Numbered from the stretch's first letter, positions 1 through 9,935 are shown. The stretch is 23,047 bases of DNA from Selaginella moellendorffii (GCF_000143415.4 NW_003314361.1:494646-517692), one strand, 5' to 3'. Numbers and translations: made by a program. Notes: generated from the sequence alone by a model not told the origin.

Positions 1-16
1 AGGTAGTTTTTGAGCT
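1..16 (+). repeat. Putative left terminal inverted repeat (possibly truncated by the window edge)
   Basis: 14/16 inverted match to 9042-9057. Confidence 0.55.
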
Positions 17-20
17 GAGC

Positions 21-60
21 TTAAGTCAATAAAAGTCAATAAAAGTCAAAGGAAGTCAAT
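21..60 (+). repeat. Subterminal 10-bp tandem repeat x4 (core AAGTCAA)
   Basis: ttaagtcaat aaaagtcaat aaaagtcaaa ggaagtcaat. Confidence 0.85.
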
Positions 61-96
61 ACAATCCCCTAACTAGTGAAAGTTTAATGGCACTAC

Positions 97-191
97 CTTA
101 GTTCGTCCCGAACCAAGAATTTTTAACATAAAATCTAAGTGTTTAAGGTATTCCATAAGCTCATGTAGATTATTGGTTCGACACGAACTAA
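97..191. repeat. Two subterminal short palindromes that are inverted copies of each other
   Basis: 97-117 cttagttcg-tcc-cgaaccaag and 173-191 ttggttcg-aca-cgaactaa; the reverse complement of 98-116 matches 173-191 at 17/19. Confidence 0.75.
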
Positions 192-259
192 TCTTTTAGT
201 CTACAAAGAAAGAAAATAACATATTAAACAACATAATTTATATTAAAATCAGAATATAT

Positions 260-3200
260 TCAATCTTCTTCTGCTTCCATATCCAGAAAAGCAGAAATGA
301 GTATAGTGGAATGCTCCTTCACTATAGGCTCATGTTATATGTAATGTTGTACCATACGTTCAGCATAAATAGGTAAGTGGAATTGACTTCAGGCCATATG
401 ATCATCCATATCATCAAGATCAAGCATGTGGATTGAAACACTGTGTGTGATAAGTGTAGACCTAATGACATAGAAATATTTGAGAATAAATATTATAGAT
501 TATTTCAAGCACTAACATCACCTGTTGCAAAATCTTCTAAAAATGTCCTCAAAAGCACCTTCCTTCTCAAGTGCAAAAACAGCTTGGCCTGTCTCTTTTG
601 CTGCCTACACCATTGATCCAAATCCTGCTGTAGCATCAAGCACAATCCCTTTTGGCAGACAGAATAACTCCAACAAAATATGCATGGCCCTGACCGAACG
701 ATGTTGATAACCAGGGAATGTTGGGTGAAGAATGTCCGAGTCAATTACATTTGGGATGATGTCTGTAGAGCTGTTATATCCTGGTAAAGCAAGAGCAGCA
801 CGCTCGTCAGCTCGTGTGGCATTACGCCAGTTCCCAATGTGGCATAGAGCATGGTAGTTCCAGGAATAAATCTGGAAAAAAAAATAGAATAGAGTTAATT
901 TGTAAATAAAGAAGTCACACACCTTTCACTTTTGCCCACTAGTGCCTTTTGTGTCCACCGCCATACTTGAAAGAAGGCAGCCAGATAAAAACTCAACAAA
1001 TCCATCATTGTTGTCAGCCAAGTGTGCGAGAAGGCCTTCCCACATTACAGAGCAGGGAAGGATCATGACAACCACACCCTCATATGTCATGAAGCTGCTC
1101 GCAACCTTTAAGGCTTGGGAAATGTGTGGGGCCTGCAACACATTCCATGACGGAATATCCCCCTGCAATGGTACCATCCCATTGGGAAGATCGAAAAAGA
1201 TGAAATCGATCTTCCCATAAGGTGTGAGCTGACCCAAATCATGGATCCACCGATCAAGCATGTAGAGCTCCTGACTAGTAGCATCTAAAAGCTGTGTGTA
1301 ATCCCCAATGAGAACAACAACTTCCCCAACACTAGCCGTTGTCAATAGAGGGCAAACATGAAAATCAATTATTAGAACTAAAAGTTGGAGATAAAATTCA
1401 TGCTTACTAACCTGTTTATGCATAGCTGCAGAGGAGAGCTCTTCTAGGTAGTCATCTGTAGCTGTAGGGAGGGATGGGAAGAATGTCTTAGTCTGCCGAG
1501 AAGACTGATGGCTGCTCTCTACAACATCTATAAAAAAAAAAGTGAAGTCAAGAATGAATAAAAGAATGTTCCAAATCAAAGTCTTTACTCTCATGAAAGG
1601 CTTCATGACGGCCACTTCAAGGGTTGCGACGAGCAAGTACTAGAATCTCTTATGCTGGAATTTCCTATACAGTTTCCTCTAGTTCAACGGTATTTGCATT
1701 TGGCATCTCTTGAATGGTTTCCTGAGTCTGGACTCTTGGGTTTAATTGTTGAACTTCAACAACGTCATTATCACAGTCAGAAAGAGCCTCTGGAAAATAA
1801 GAATATAACTCAAAGTTAATATTTCCTAGATAAGTGCTGAGTTTCAAGTGAACCTAAATGACATTCAAGGTAGAGATCTAGCTCGAAGTCTGATGTCGGC
1901 ATTTGCTCCACGAGTTCAAGGTACTATGGGCATAGCTCCCTCTCATGTGTACAAGGACAGTAGAACTCTGGCTCATACATCCCAAGTTTTTTGCCTCTAG
2001 TCAGGAGCTTCTGCAAAACACCGGTTGTGTATACTGGTGCACTGGGGCAATATTTTAAATATCTACAAAGTAAAACAAAAATATAAATACCAATATATAA
2101 ATGAGAATTGAGAAAATACCTGTAAACCATGTGCCTCGCAAGAAATGGTTGTTCTGGTTGGTTCTTGAACTTAGCCAAACTCGTCCCACCGCATGGAAGC
2201 CAACCATTCCCTAGCTCCACAAGACAAGCACAAATATATTTTTCGAGAGTGATACCTGTGTGGGTGCTGGAAAGAAACTTCTCGTCCCAGACTTGTAGCA
2301 TCTCCCCACCAGCGGCAATACTCTGAGAAATGTATACCTTCTCCTTCATCACCTTTTCCATCCTTATCTTGTAGCGTTTTTTGTTGTTTCACAACCAAGT
2401 GTTGAGAAGTTCCAAGTAGACACTTTGTTCAACAAAGGATATTTTACTCTTGGAGATGTTATAAATGAGTTCCTTTGGTGCTTTACCAGTTCCTACACAC
2501 ACAAAGAGTTATGAAATGTTTCATAAATTTTAGAAGAACTTACAAACGCAAGAACAAATCTCAACAATGCTATCAAGCCATTCCTGCCCGCGTCGTATGT
2601 CTACAATTGAGAGTAACTTTTTCACCTTTTTTCTCTTTGTATTCAAATTTCGCTACTCAATCGCATGCCACTCCATCTCCTTCTACTGCTCGTCCCCTCA
2701 AGCATTTTTAAAGAATAACGCTCTTTCTCCTTTGATTATGGGTTGCAAGAAACATTATGTAAGTCGATACATACTTCAATACTAATTTACCTTCACCCAA
2801 ACAGCAACTAGAAAATCAAGTGGTAGCTAGTACCAAGTTTGCAATTCTTGGCCTTTCCTAGTTGCTAGCTTCATTCGAATTGCTTCAAATACCTCACGAT
2901 TGTACAACGTTTGGACCTCCTCTAGTGAGAGCATGCCAATAAACTGAAGGTGCTCAATATCATGTACTAATGTATGAGCTTGAAACACAAATTGGTTTAG
3001 CCTACAAAAACACGATATTGGCTAAGTTTACAAAAAATAAATTCTTATATATTGATTTTATGGCATGCCATGTTGAGCTTCATAATGTGCTCCCGAATCA
3101 TTGGTTCGACAAGTGTGACTAGAACACTAATGTGTCATTCTTCATAATCTCAAAACTTCTCTTAAATGCACTTCCAAAATGTTAACCACCTATGGTTTCC

Positions 3201-4860
3201 ATTAATCACCCAAAAGAGCTTTCCAATGAATCCTACTGTCTCCACATGTTGTCCTAAAAATCCAACAAACTCACGAGACTTTCGCAGCCATATAGTATCC
3301 CATTTTTCCTCAAAGTTTAGTAGTCACTAACTCTGTCCAGCCGGTTCCAAGGAAAGTTGGTGAAACAATGAAGGTACCAGCTATGCTCCCAAACCTGACC
3401 TCAGTAAAGGAGCTGTAGATAGCCATGTTGAGGTCGTAAGTTGAGCGCATTCAATGGCTTTGAACCAACCGGCATAAAGGAACTAAAAATCTATAAGGGC
3501 CATTCCATGCCATTTCCTGTAATACTTTACTGACTGTTTGTTCTTGAGCTTGGATAATCGTGTCCCAAACACAATCATTCAAGATGGTGTCAGAATCATG
3601 CATGCATAATCCCTCACCACCACTAGCTCCCCCTGCACCACCAACCTAAAGAGCAATAGGAGCAACTATCATACCCCCAGTAGCCTCTGCAGTAGATCCA
3701 CCTACAATGCTACCAATAACCTCCTCAACTGGTTCATCTACCTCACTGTGAGCAGCCTCAGCAACCAAAGGCACAGCACCCCCACCACCACCAACATCAA
3801 ACACAAGTACCCCACCACTAGTAGCCACAACCTCATGAGCACCAATACTAATAGCCTCAATAACACCAATATTGATTTGAGTGTTCATCTCAACATCCAC
3901 ATCATTGTTATGCTCATCATTGCCTCCAGCATGACTAACAGAAACTTTATTGGATACTTAAGATGAATCTCCACTCAATTGACCAAGCCCACAGTGATCA
4001 AGGTAACTACCTTTTTCTGGAGACCGAGACCATTGAGGTTGGCCTTGGCACTTCCTTTAAAATAAAAAGCAAAAATATTATCACATTTAACTTGTAATGT
4101 AAAATAAACTTATGGTATTTAAAGTTCAAGTCCCTTTTTGGAAGTTTTAGGCAGTCAAACTTGATTTATATCTACTCTCACAAGAAAATTTTGTAAGTAA
4201 AAGATGTGAAAAATAAATTGTAAACTACAAGAAATGCAAAGGAAAAAAACACAAGTCACTAGGAGAGGTTGGTTTGCACGAGAATTGACCTCATCCTACC
4301 TTTCCAAAAAAAGGAAAAACACAACAAGAGTATGGGAGAGATTGGTTTGTGCAAGAACCGACATCTTTCACCTTTTAATTTTCACATGAAATGCCCTATC
4401 AAGTCAATGAAATAAAAAAAAAAACCTTGAAGATGTCAGTTCACACAAGAACCGACATTTCTCTCTCTCTGTTTTCTAAAATATAGAGATCTCACCACTA
4501 GAAACATGAAAAAAATCAAGAAAGCTCGCTTCTAGAAAAAATGAAGGTGGGGAGAAGTCGGTTCACGCGTGAACCAATCTTTCCCACCCCTTCAACAAGG
4601 GAAAAAAAAAAAAAAAAAACGAGGTAGAGATGGGCAAAAAGCTAAATAGAAAATGAAATAAAATGCTAGGAGATGCCGGTTCACACAAGAACTGACATCT
4701 CTATCCCTCAAGAGAAAACAAAAGTCAAGAAAACAAAAAAAATTTCATGGAAGAAAGAAAGTGAGGAGATGTCAATTCACATGTGAACCGACCTTCTCAA
4801 GGAAGCATACCTTGTTTGAGGAGTGTCTTGAAGCACATTGCTAGGTTGAAGTGCTTTTCT
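260..4860 (-). pseudogene. Spliced pseudogene: ParB/Srx-like domain + linker + beta-class N6-adenine/N4-cytosine DNA methyltransferase (N6_N4_Mtase-like)
   Basis: About 12 exons were reconstructed. Introns include 872-922, 1528-1588, 1790-1853, 2063-2119, 2493-2543, ~2743-2790, 3002-~3061 and probably 4055-4810, mostly phase-compatible. Motifs: LFWVINGNHRW (NGNHR 3189-3203, ParB-like DGxHR); KIDFIFFDLPNG (DLPNG 1178-1192, motif IV, DPPY-like); QHRSVRAMHILLELFCLPKGIVLDATAGFGSMV*AAKETGQAVFALE (motif X/I, core 614-643). It has many in-frame stops and one frameshift near 3305. The start codon was not identified. Confidence 0.85.
4262..4798. repeat. Array of six degenerate 34-bp palindromes (consensus about GGAGATGTCGGTTCACACGTGAACCGACATCTCC) separated by unique A-rich spacers
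   Basis: Copies at 4262-4295, 4335-4368, 4429-4462, 4551-4584, 4669-4702 and 4765-4798; spacers 39, 60, 88, 84 and 62 nt. Confidence 0.9.
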
Positions 4861-4864
4861 TTCA

Positions 4865-4942
4865 CCCTTCCCTACTCAAATGCGCCTTTCTCTCGCCCTT
4901 CCCTACTCAAACGCGCCTTTCTCTCGCCTTTTGCTACTCAAA
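4865..4942 (+). repeat. 31-bp tandem repeat x2.5
   Basis: cccttccctactcaaa(t/c)gcgcctttctctcg twice, then the partial copy ccttttgctactcaaa. Confidence 0.9.
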
Positions 4943-4962
4943 CCCTAAGTGTAAAACCCTAA
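4940..4962. promoter_or_regulatory. Two telo-boxes (AAACCCTAA) at the presumed 5' end of the ParB-MTase gene
   Basis: AAACCCTAA at 4940-4948 and 4954-4962; telo-boxes are typical near plant transcription starts. Confidence 0.5.
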
Positions 4963-5055
4963 AAATCAACGGACGCAATCAACAGTCATGATCAATGGTC
5001 ATGATTTTTATTCTCTTTGATGGCAATCAATGGACACAATCATTCAATGCTTTAG

Positions 5056-5531
5056 ATATTAAAATATGTATAAATTGATTGTGAGAGGAATAATATAAAA
5101 TGAATGTGGTTATGNNNNNNNNNNNNNNNNNNNNNNNNNNNNNNNNNNNNNNNNNNNNNNNNNNNNNNNNNNNNNNNNNNNNNNNNNNNNNNNNNNNNNN
5201 NNNNNNNNNNNNNNNNNNNNNNNNNNNNNNNNNNNNNNNNNNNNNNNNNNNNNNNNNNNNNNNNNNNNNNNNNNNNNNNNNNNNNNNNNNNNNNNNNNNN
5301 NNNNNNNNNNNNNNNNNNNNNNNNNNNNNNNNNNNNNNNNNNNNNNNNNNNNNNNNNNNNNNNNNNNNNNNNNNNNNNNNNNNNNNNNNNNNNNNNNNNN
5401 NNNNNNNNNNNNNNNNNNNNNNNNNNNNNNNNNNNNNNNGAAAAAAGATATCCGAGAGCGGCGAGTTGAGCGGTACCATACACATCATTCAACAATATTA
5501 TTCCTCTCACAATCAATTATACAATTAATAT
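5056..5531. repeat. ~55-bp imperfect inverted repeat pair flanking an assembly gap
   Basis: Left arm 5056-5114 (...attgattgtgagaggaataatat...tgaatgtggttatg) and right arm 5477-5531 (catacacatcattca...atattattcctctcacaatcaat...) share a perfect 23-bp inverted core. Confidence 0.85.
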
Positions 5532-5693
5532 GGGTGGCTCTTTAACATTCCCATATCTCTCTAGATTCTAAACGGTTGTATATTTTGTTAAAATAATTAA
5601 CTTGTCCTTTGCAAGGACATAGCTAATTAATGCTTAGAATACAAAAGAATATCTTTTTTCTTTCTTGTCAGTTTCTCCCTAAATTTTTTCTAA

Positions 5694-8600
5694 ATGCTTG
5701 AGCAAGGAAAAGATATGAGAGAATTGTATTTGAAGTTTGATCAAGAGCCTTTAATTGTTTTCTCTAAGAGTGTTATAGGAGAGAGCTTCCTCTACAAAAG
5801 ATTCAAGCTGAAGCCGGGATCAATTAGTTTGGAGAATGTATGTCGTGATAAGGGTAATCAGATAGAAAAATCCATTCTTCTCAACAGTGGTGTGGGAGAG
5901 AATGGGATTCAATGGGATCTTGATAGATGTACAGGTCAAGAGATTCTAGTTATAGAATCTCCAAAGCAAGGAGAGAAGAGCACATCAGTTTCACAGCCAA
6001 TTGTGCAAGGAATGAAGAATGAAGTTGTTATTCTCTCCAGTGACGAAAATGAAAAAGATGAACTTCCTGACATAGCTTCCCAGACAAGTAGGTGTGTTTC
6101 TTCTGGATTAGTTTTTGAAGCAGTGGATAAGGGATTTTAGCAATCTCGATCATTACGGTTGGAATTGAAAGAGTTCCAGTACATGAGAGGTGAGGAGTTT
6201 TCTTCTTCCTATAATGGGAATATATTCTTTGAGTTTCCACCAGCTAGTTCATCAAGTAAGAAAAAGGGTATGGAGATGCGTCTTAATCCACATAATTGGT
6301 GTAGAGTAAAGACAACCCACTTCTCTCATTTTGATGGATCTGTGTCCATAGTCCATTGTGGTGGATAGCTTTAGTGTGTCGTTGAGAAATGCATTTCTAA
6401 TCATGGCAAAAATATGTGTTTCTTTGAAGGCTCAGCAATCAATCCCCCTAAGCGTGATGAGGTTGCTACAGGGTTTAGATGTCGCAAATGTGGGCTGGGA
6501 AGAAAAGTGCTACAACTCCAAAGTGTGTTCAACAGTCTATACTAAAGGACTATGTGGTGGATATGTTGCTACAATCTGATAGCAAAAAAGAGTTCACAGA
6601 GAATAGCTTGAAGGACCTACTTCAAAATATAAAACCTGTGACAAATTTAAACAGGTATAAAATTAATACTTAACTCTACTTTATCACTAATAACACTTTT
6701 TTTTTGTAGAATAAAAAACTGGATGTGAGAAGGGCAAGATGGAAAGTTTCAATTTGGATTGAATGGGATTTTGGAGCTAAAGAGAAAATGTCCTTATGAG
6801 TTTATTCATGGAAGCTTGTTCGTTGGCCAAGTGACTTCAAACAATTAATGCCCTTTCATCTTTAAGATCTACCCTTGGTCTTGCTTCTGGTGTGGACCTT
6901 GTAAAATGAATAGATATGGATAGAGATGGGGACTTGGCTAATTCACGGATCCATTTCGACCACATGAAACGAGTTTCAGGCTGGTCAACTATGGGAGCTC
7001 ATATTTATGATCACAAGTAAGTGGATATTCATTTTTTAAGGATTCCATACCGATTTACATTATAACCATTCCTTCTATAGGTTGCAGTGCAACTTGACTA
7101 TAACTATAGCCAAATTCAAGGTTCAAGATTTTTAAGCACAAACCATTTTTTGGATATGTATGTCCGAAGTTGTTAAATAACGAACCGGGAAGAAACCCAA
7201 CTTTCGTGGTTTCATGGCAAATGCTGCTGGTGTTAACTAGTTGGCTGTATAACAAATATTTGGAGGTGATAAAAGTTAGCCATTACAAGGTAGAGAGAAG
7301 AGTTGTGAATTTCATTAGGCAAAGAGTGTCAACGAACATTGCCGATACATCAAATTTGACTTCCATCACGAGTTCAAGTAACTTTGTTGGGAATGGATGG
7401 ATGCACCAACTAAAGAGGAGCATGAAGCAAAGGCAAATGAGATGTGCATATGGTGGCGTGAAGGAGATAAAATGCCAATTGAAAACCTTCCACAAATGGA
7501 ATGCTAGCTTATATGGTGGGAAGTTTAAATGTTTTAGTAGGGTCATTATACTCTTTATATAAGCTTTCTCTCATTTTCTTTCTTGTCACATTCAAATGTT
7601 GCATTTTTCCTAGGATCAACCACTTGATGACATAGCACTTACATCAACAATTAATCTCTCTAAGAGTAAACACTAGAGTTGGAAAGCTTTTGAAGCAGGG
7701 AAAGGAAAAATGTCCCTCTATGAAGTTACACTCTCTGACCTCATTAAATCTCTTGAGTAGTCATCAAAAGCTTTAGTTGCACAGGAAGCAAGGTTTGCTG
7801 GTACAAGTTCAAACTTAAATAGGCTTTGAGAGCCGGTTAGTAGAAGGACAACACCAGTAACAAGGTCAATGTCTAAGATGGTGGAGGAAGTTGTTGCTAG
7901 AACTCTTATGAAATCAAGTTATGAACCACTTGGGGACATGAGAACAGCCCGTACAAAACGTCGATAGACATTTGATGGGCTAAACATCACTCCTTCTAGC
8001 TCTCACCGTCCAGAGTTTGATTACCATTCTGTTCCATGACACCGGAAAAGAACTAAGGAACATGGAGTGAAGAAGATGTTAGTTGTTACACAAGTAAGTC
8101 TAGTGCCAAAGGTTGAAAAGGTTATTTTTTGTGAGCCAGTTTCTTGTATCAACTGGGCAATTCGAAGAGTCAGTGCCAAGAGCAATGCATGTTGCTCCAG
8201 AATGATTGGAAGTCGAGGTTAGTGTCTTGCATTTGTGTGCTCAAGTTCAAGTTCTTCAGCAGTGCCATGTTTCTGGGGCTGTCGAGATCTAGGAGTGAAA
8301 GGCCACCAGTCAAGTTGGATTTACTATTGTGGGATTGATGTTACTTATACAAGCCGGATCCATGGCTCAATTATTTTGAAGCTAGATTCTGTGCCAAAGG
8401 AGTGGGCAGTTGAGCGAAGCTACAATCTTTTGAAAGAAGAGATTGAAAGTCTGGAGAGAGTAGGTTTCAAGCTAAAGACTTCCTCAAATGTTGCTGTTAG
8501 TATGGTTATGCCACTAATATCAACACTAGACCGGCATACACAACTAGCTAGGAATGGGAAGGCTGTACAATATAGGTCTTCCATTTCAAAAGGTGCACAA

Positions 8601-8906
8601 GAGAAGATCAAGCTAACAAAAGAGTTCAAGTGCACAATCATAAAGACAAACTACATCAATGTTGTGGCTAAAGAGTTTGTTGTTGTGACTGAGTCGTCAC
8701 AAGATACAAGCTACACTGTCAAAATCTGTGAAAATCCATCCTGTACCTGTCCAGATTTTACATAGCGGGAGAACAGGGGAAAAGTATATTTAGCTTGCAA
8801 GCACATCTATTACATTTTTATGTAGGAACTAAACCAAGATCCTAATATCGACCATCACATCCACCAGGCAAGCTTGATAGTTGCGGAGGTTGTGAAGTGT
8901 TTTTAG
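5694..8906 (+). pseudogene. MULE-like DDE transposase pseudogene with N-terminal Cys-rich (GCM/WRKY-like) region and C-terminal SWIM zinc finger
   Basis: Introns 6655-6709, 7017-7080 and 7559-7613 (donor decayed to AT). Motifs: IHFDHMKRVSGWSTMGAHIYD (D at 6958); PNFRGFMANAAGVN (second D>N at 7220); REKSCEFH (CxxH, 7304-7315); TINLSKSKH (NxxES with E>K at 7662); SWIM CTCPDF...ACKHIYY (~8742-8804). Many in-frame stops and a few frameshifts. Confidence 0.85.
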
Positions 8907-9041
8907 ATTGCTTTTAGTGTTCGGATCTATATTTATATTTGTATTTTATTAGTTGAATTTACTTAGAAATATAAATTAAATCAAAATTTGAAAAATGAAA
9001 AGATGTTAATTCAAGACAAACCAATGTTTTTCTTGTGCATG

Positions 9042-9057
9042 AGCTCAAAACCTACCC
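9042..9057 (-). repeat. Putative right terminal inverted repeat
   Basis: 14/16 inverted match to 1-16; coincides with truncation of the neighbouring P-loop ORF. Confidence 0.55.
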
Positions 9058-9483
9058 AAGCTCAACTGAAGAAGAAATGTTTTACCACTTGAGGAGGGGC
9101 TCGCACGATGACTGCTTGTTCTTTGCAAACAAGACTCTCAAGCTTCTCCACCAGATCTGTTCTTTCAGAAATGTATAAACGCACCTTCAAGCCTTCCGAT
9201 TGCGAACCTGAAACAAAATACATCAGCCAGGCAACAACAGGCTTGATTGCTTACCAAATCTGCAGATTCCCGTCACTGCGGATTGTTGTGCTGCACCCAC
9301 TGCAGCAAAAATCTTGAACCTCTCCTCATCAGATGCTTCCACAGTTTGGCACAGCTCTGCCAAAAACTGAGGTGACAGAAGCAGCAAATCCTGTGCTTTC
9401 AGATCTAGATCTCGGATTCTGGAAATGGTGGCCACCCCTATACGTCGATTCTTAAAGAGATCATCCAGCCCATCGTCTTCCAT
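9058..9483 (-). pseudogene. 5' part of a gene with a SAM-like N-terminus and a P-loop NTPase start, truncated at the transposon end
   Basis: Exon 9483-9255 MEDDGLDDLFKNRRIG...DLKAQDLLLLSPQFLAEL...ERFKIFAAV; GT-AG intron 9208-9254; exon 2 ...ERTDLVEKLESLVCKEQAVIVRAPP, then with a 1-nt frameshift SGKTFLLQL (Walker A). Confidence 0.65.
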
Positions 9484-9827
9484 CGTCTTTGGACCAGGAG
9501 AACCCTAAATCGCATCCATATCCTTTCCCCCCATGATGTCCGGCAGCGGTTTCACCATGAAGAGGAGCTGGCTTCCAAAGGTGGAGCTTTAACGGGCTGT
9601 GGCTTGCCCGTTAACTCAGCTGCTAAGCTGAACACATCACACATTCCTACCTGCCAGTCCATGCCAACAGTGTTCCAACGGTGTTCGGGATTGAACGCCC
9701 CAGTTTGACTCCGATTGGCACTCCACTGATTTGGTCGTCTTCTCCACACTAACTGATTCTTCGTGTTCGCGCTTGGGCGCTGACTGATTTGTTCATGCTC
9801 CCGATTGGTGCTGACTGATTTCTCACC

Positions 9828-9935
9828 CGAGAGAAGAGTTACTCGGCTCGGTGCCATACCTTCTTGCTGCATCCTCTGGAAGAATCCCATCGTGGCCTGC
9901 CAGGAATCACACGAACAGCCAGACCTAACGCTCGC
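9828..9935 (-). pseudogene. Isolated PPR-motif-like fragment
   Basis: LTASVRSG...ATMGFFQRMQQEGMAPSRVTLLS resembles a PLS-class PPR motif (FxxMQQEGVxPxxVTFLS); no adjacent repeats. Confidence 0.45.

Larger units (their letters stand above)
1..9057. mobile_element. Decayed Mutator-like (MULE) DNA transposon carrying a transposase and a divergent ParB-like/DNA-methyltransferase cargo gene
   Basis: Positions 1-16 (aggtagtttttgagct) are the reverse complement of 9042-9057 (agctcaaaacctaccc) at 14/16. Between them lie a MULE-type transposase pseudogene (+) and an equally decayed spliced gene (-). A host ORF is truncated right at the right end. The left end may extend beyond the window, and an internal gap (5115-5439) interrupts the element. 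Confidence 0.7.

Noticed and set aside
4262-4798. CRISPR array interpretation of the palindromic repeats
   Set aside because: Repeats are degenerate, spacers vary from 39 to 88 nt and are poly-A-rich, there are no cas genes, and the context is eukaryotic and intronic.
260-4860. Bacterial or phage contamination as the source of the MTase
   Set aside because: The gene is interrupted by many phase-compatible spliceosomal introns of the same size as those in the neighbouring plant genes.
5027-5528. Long ORFs spanning N-runs (also 11036-11239 and 21415-22017)
   Set aside because: Artefacts of translating assembly gaps.
5694-8906. Functional or domesticated transposase (FAR1/MUSTANG-like host gene)
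   Set aside because: Many stops, frameshifts and loss of two of the three presumed catalytic acidic residues.
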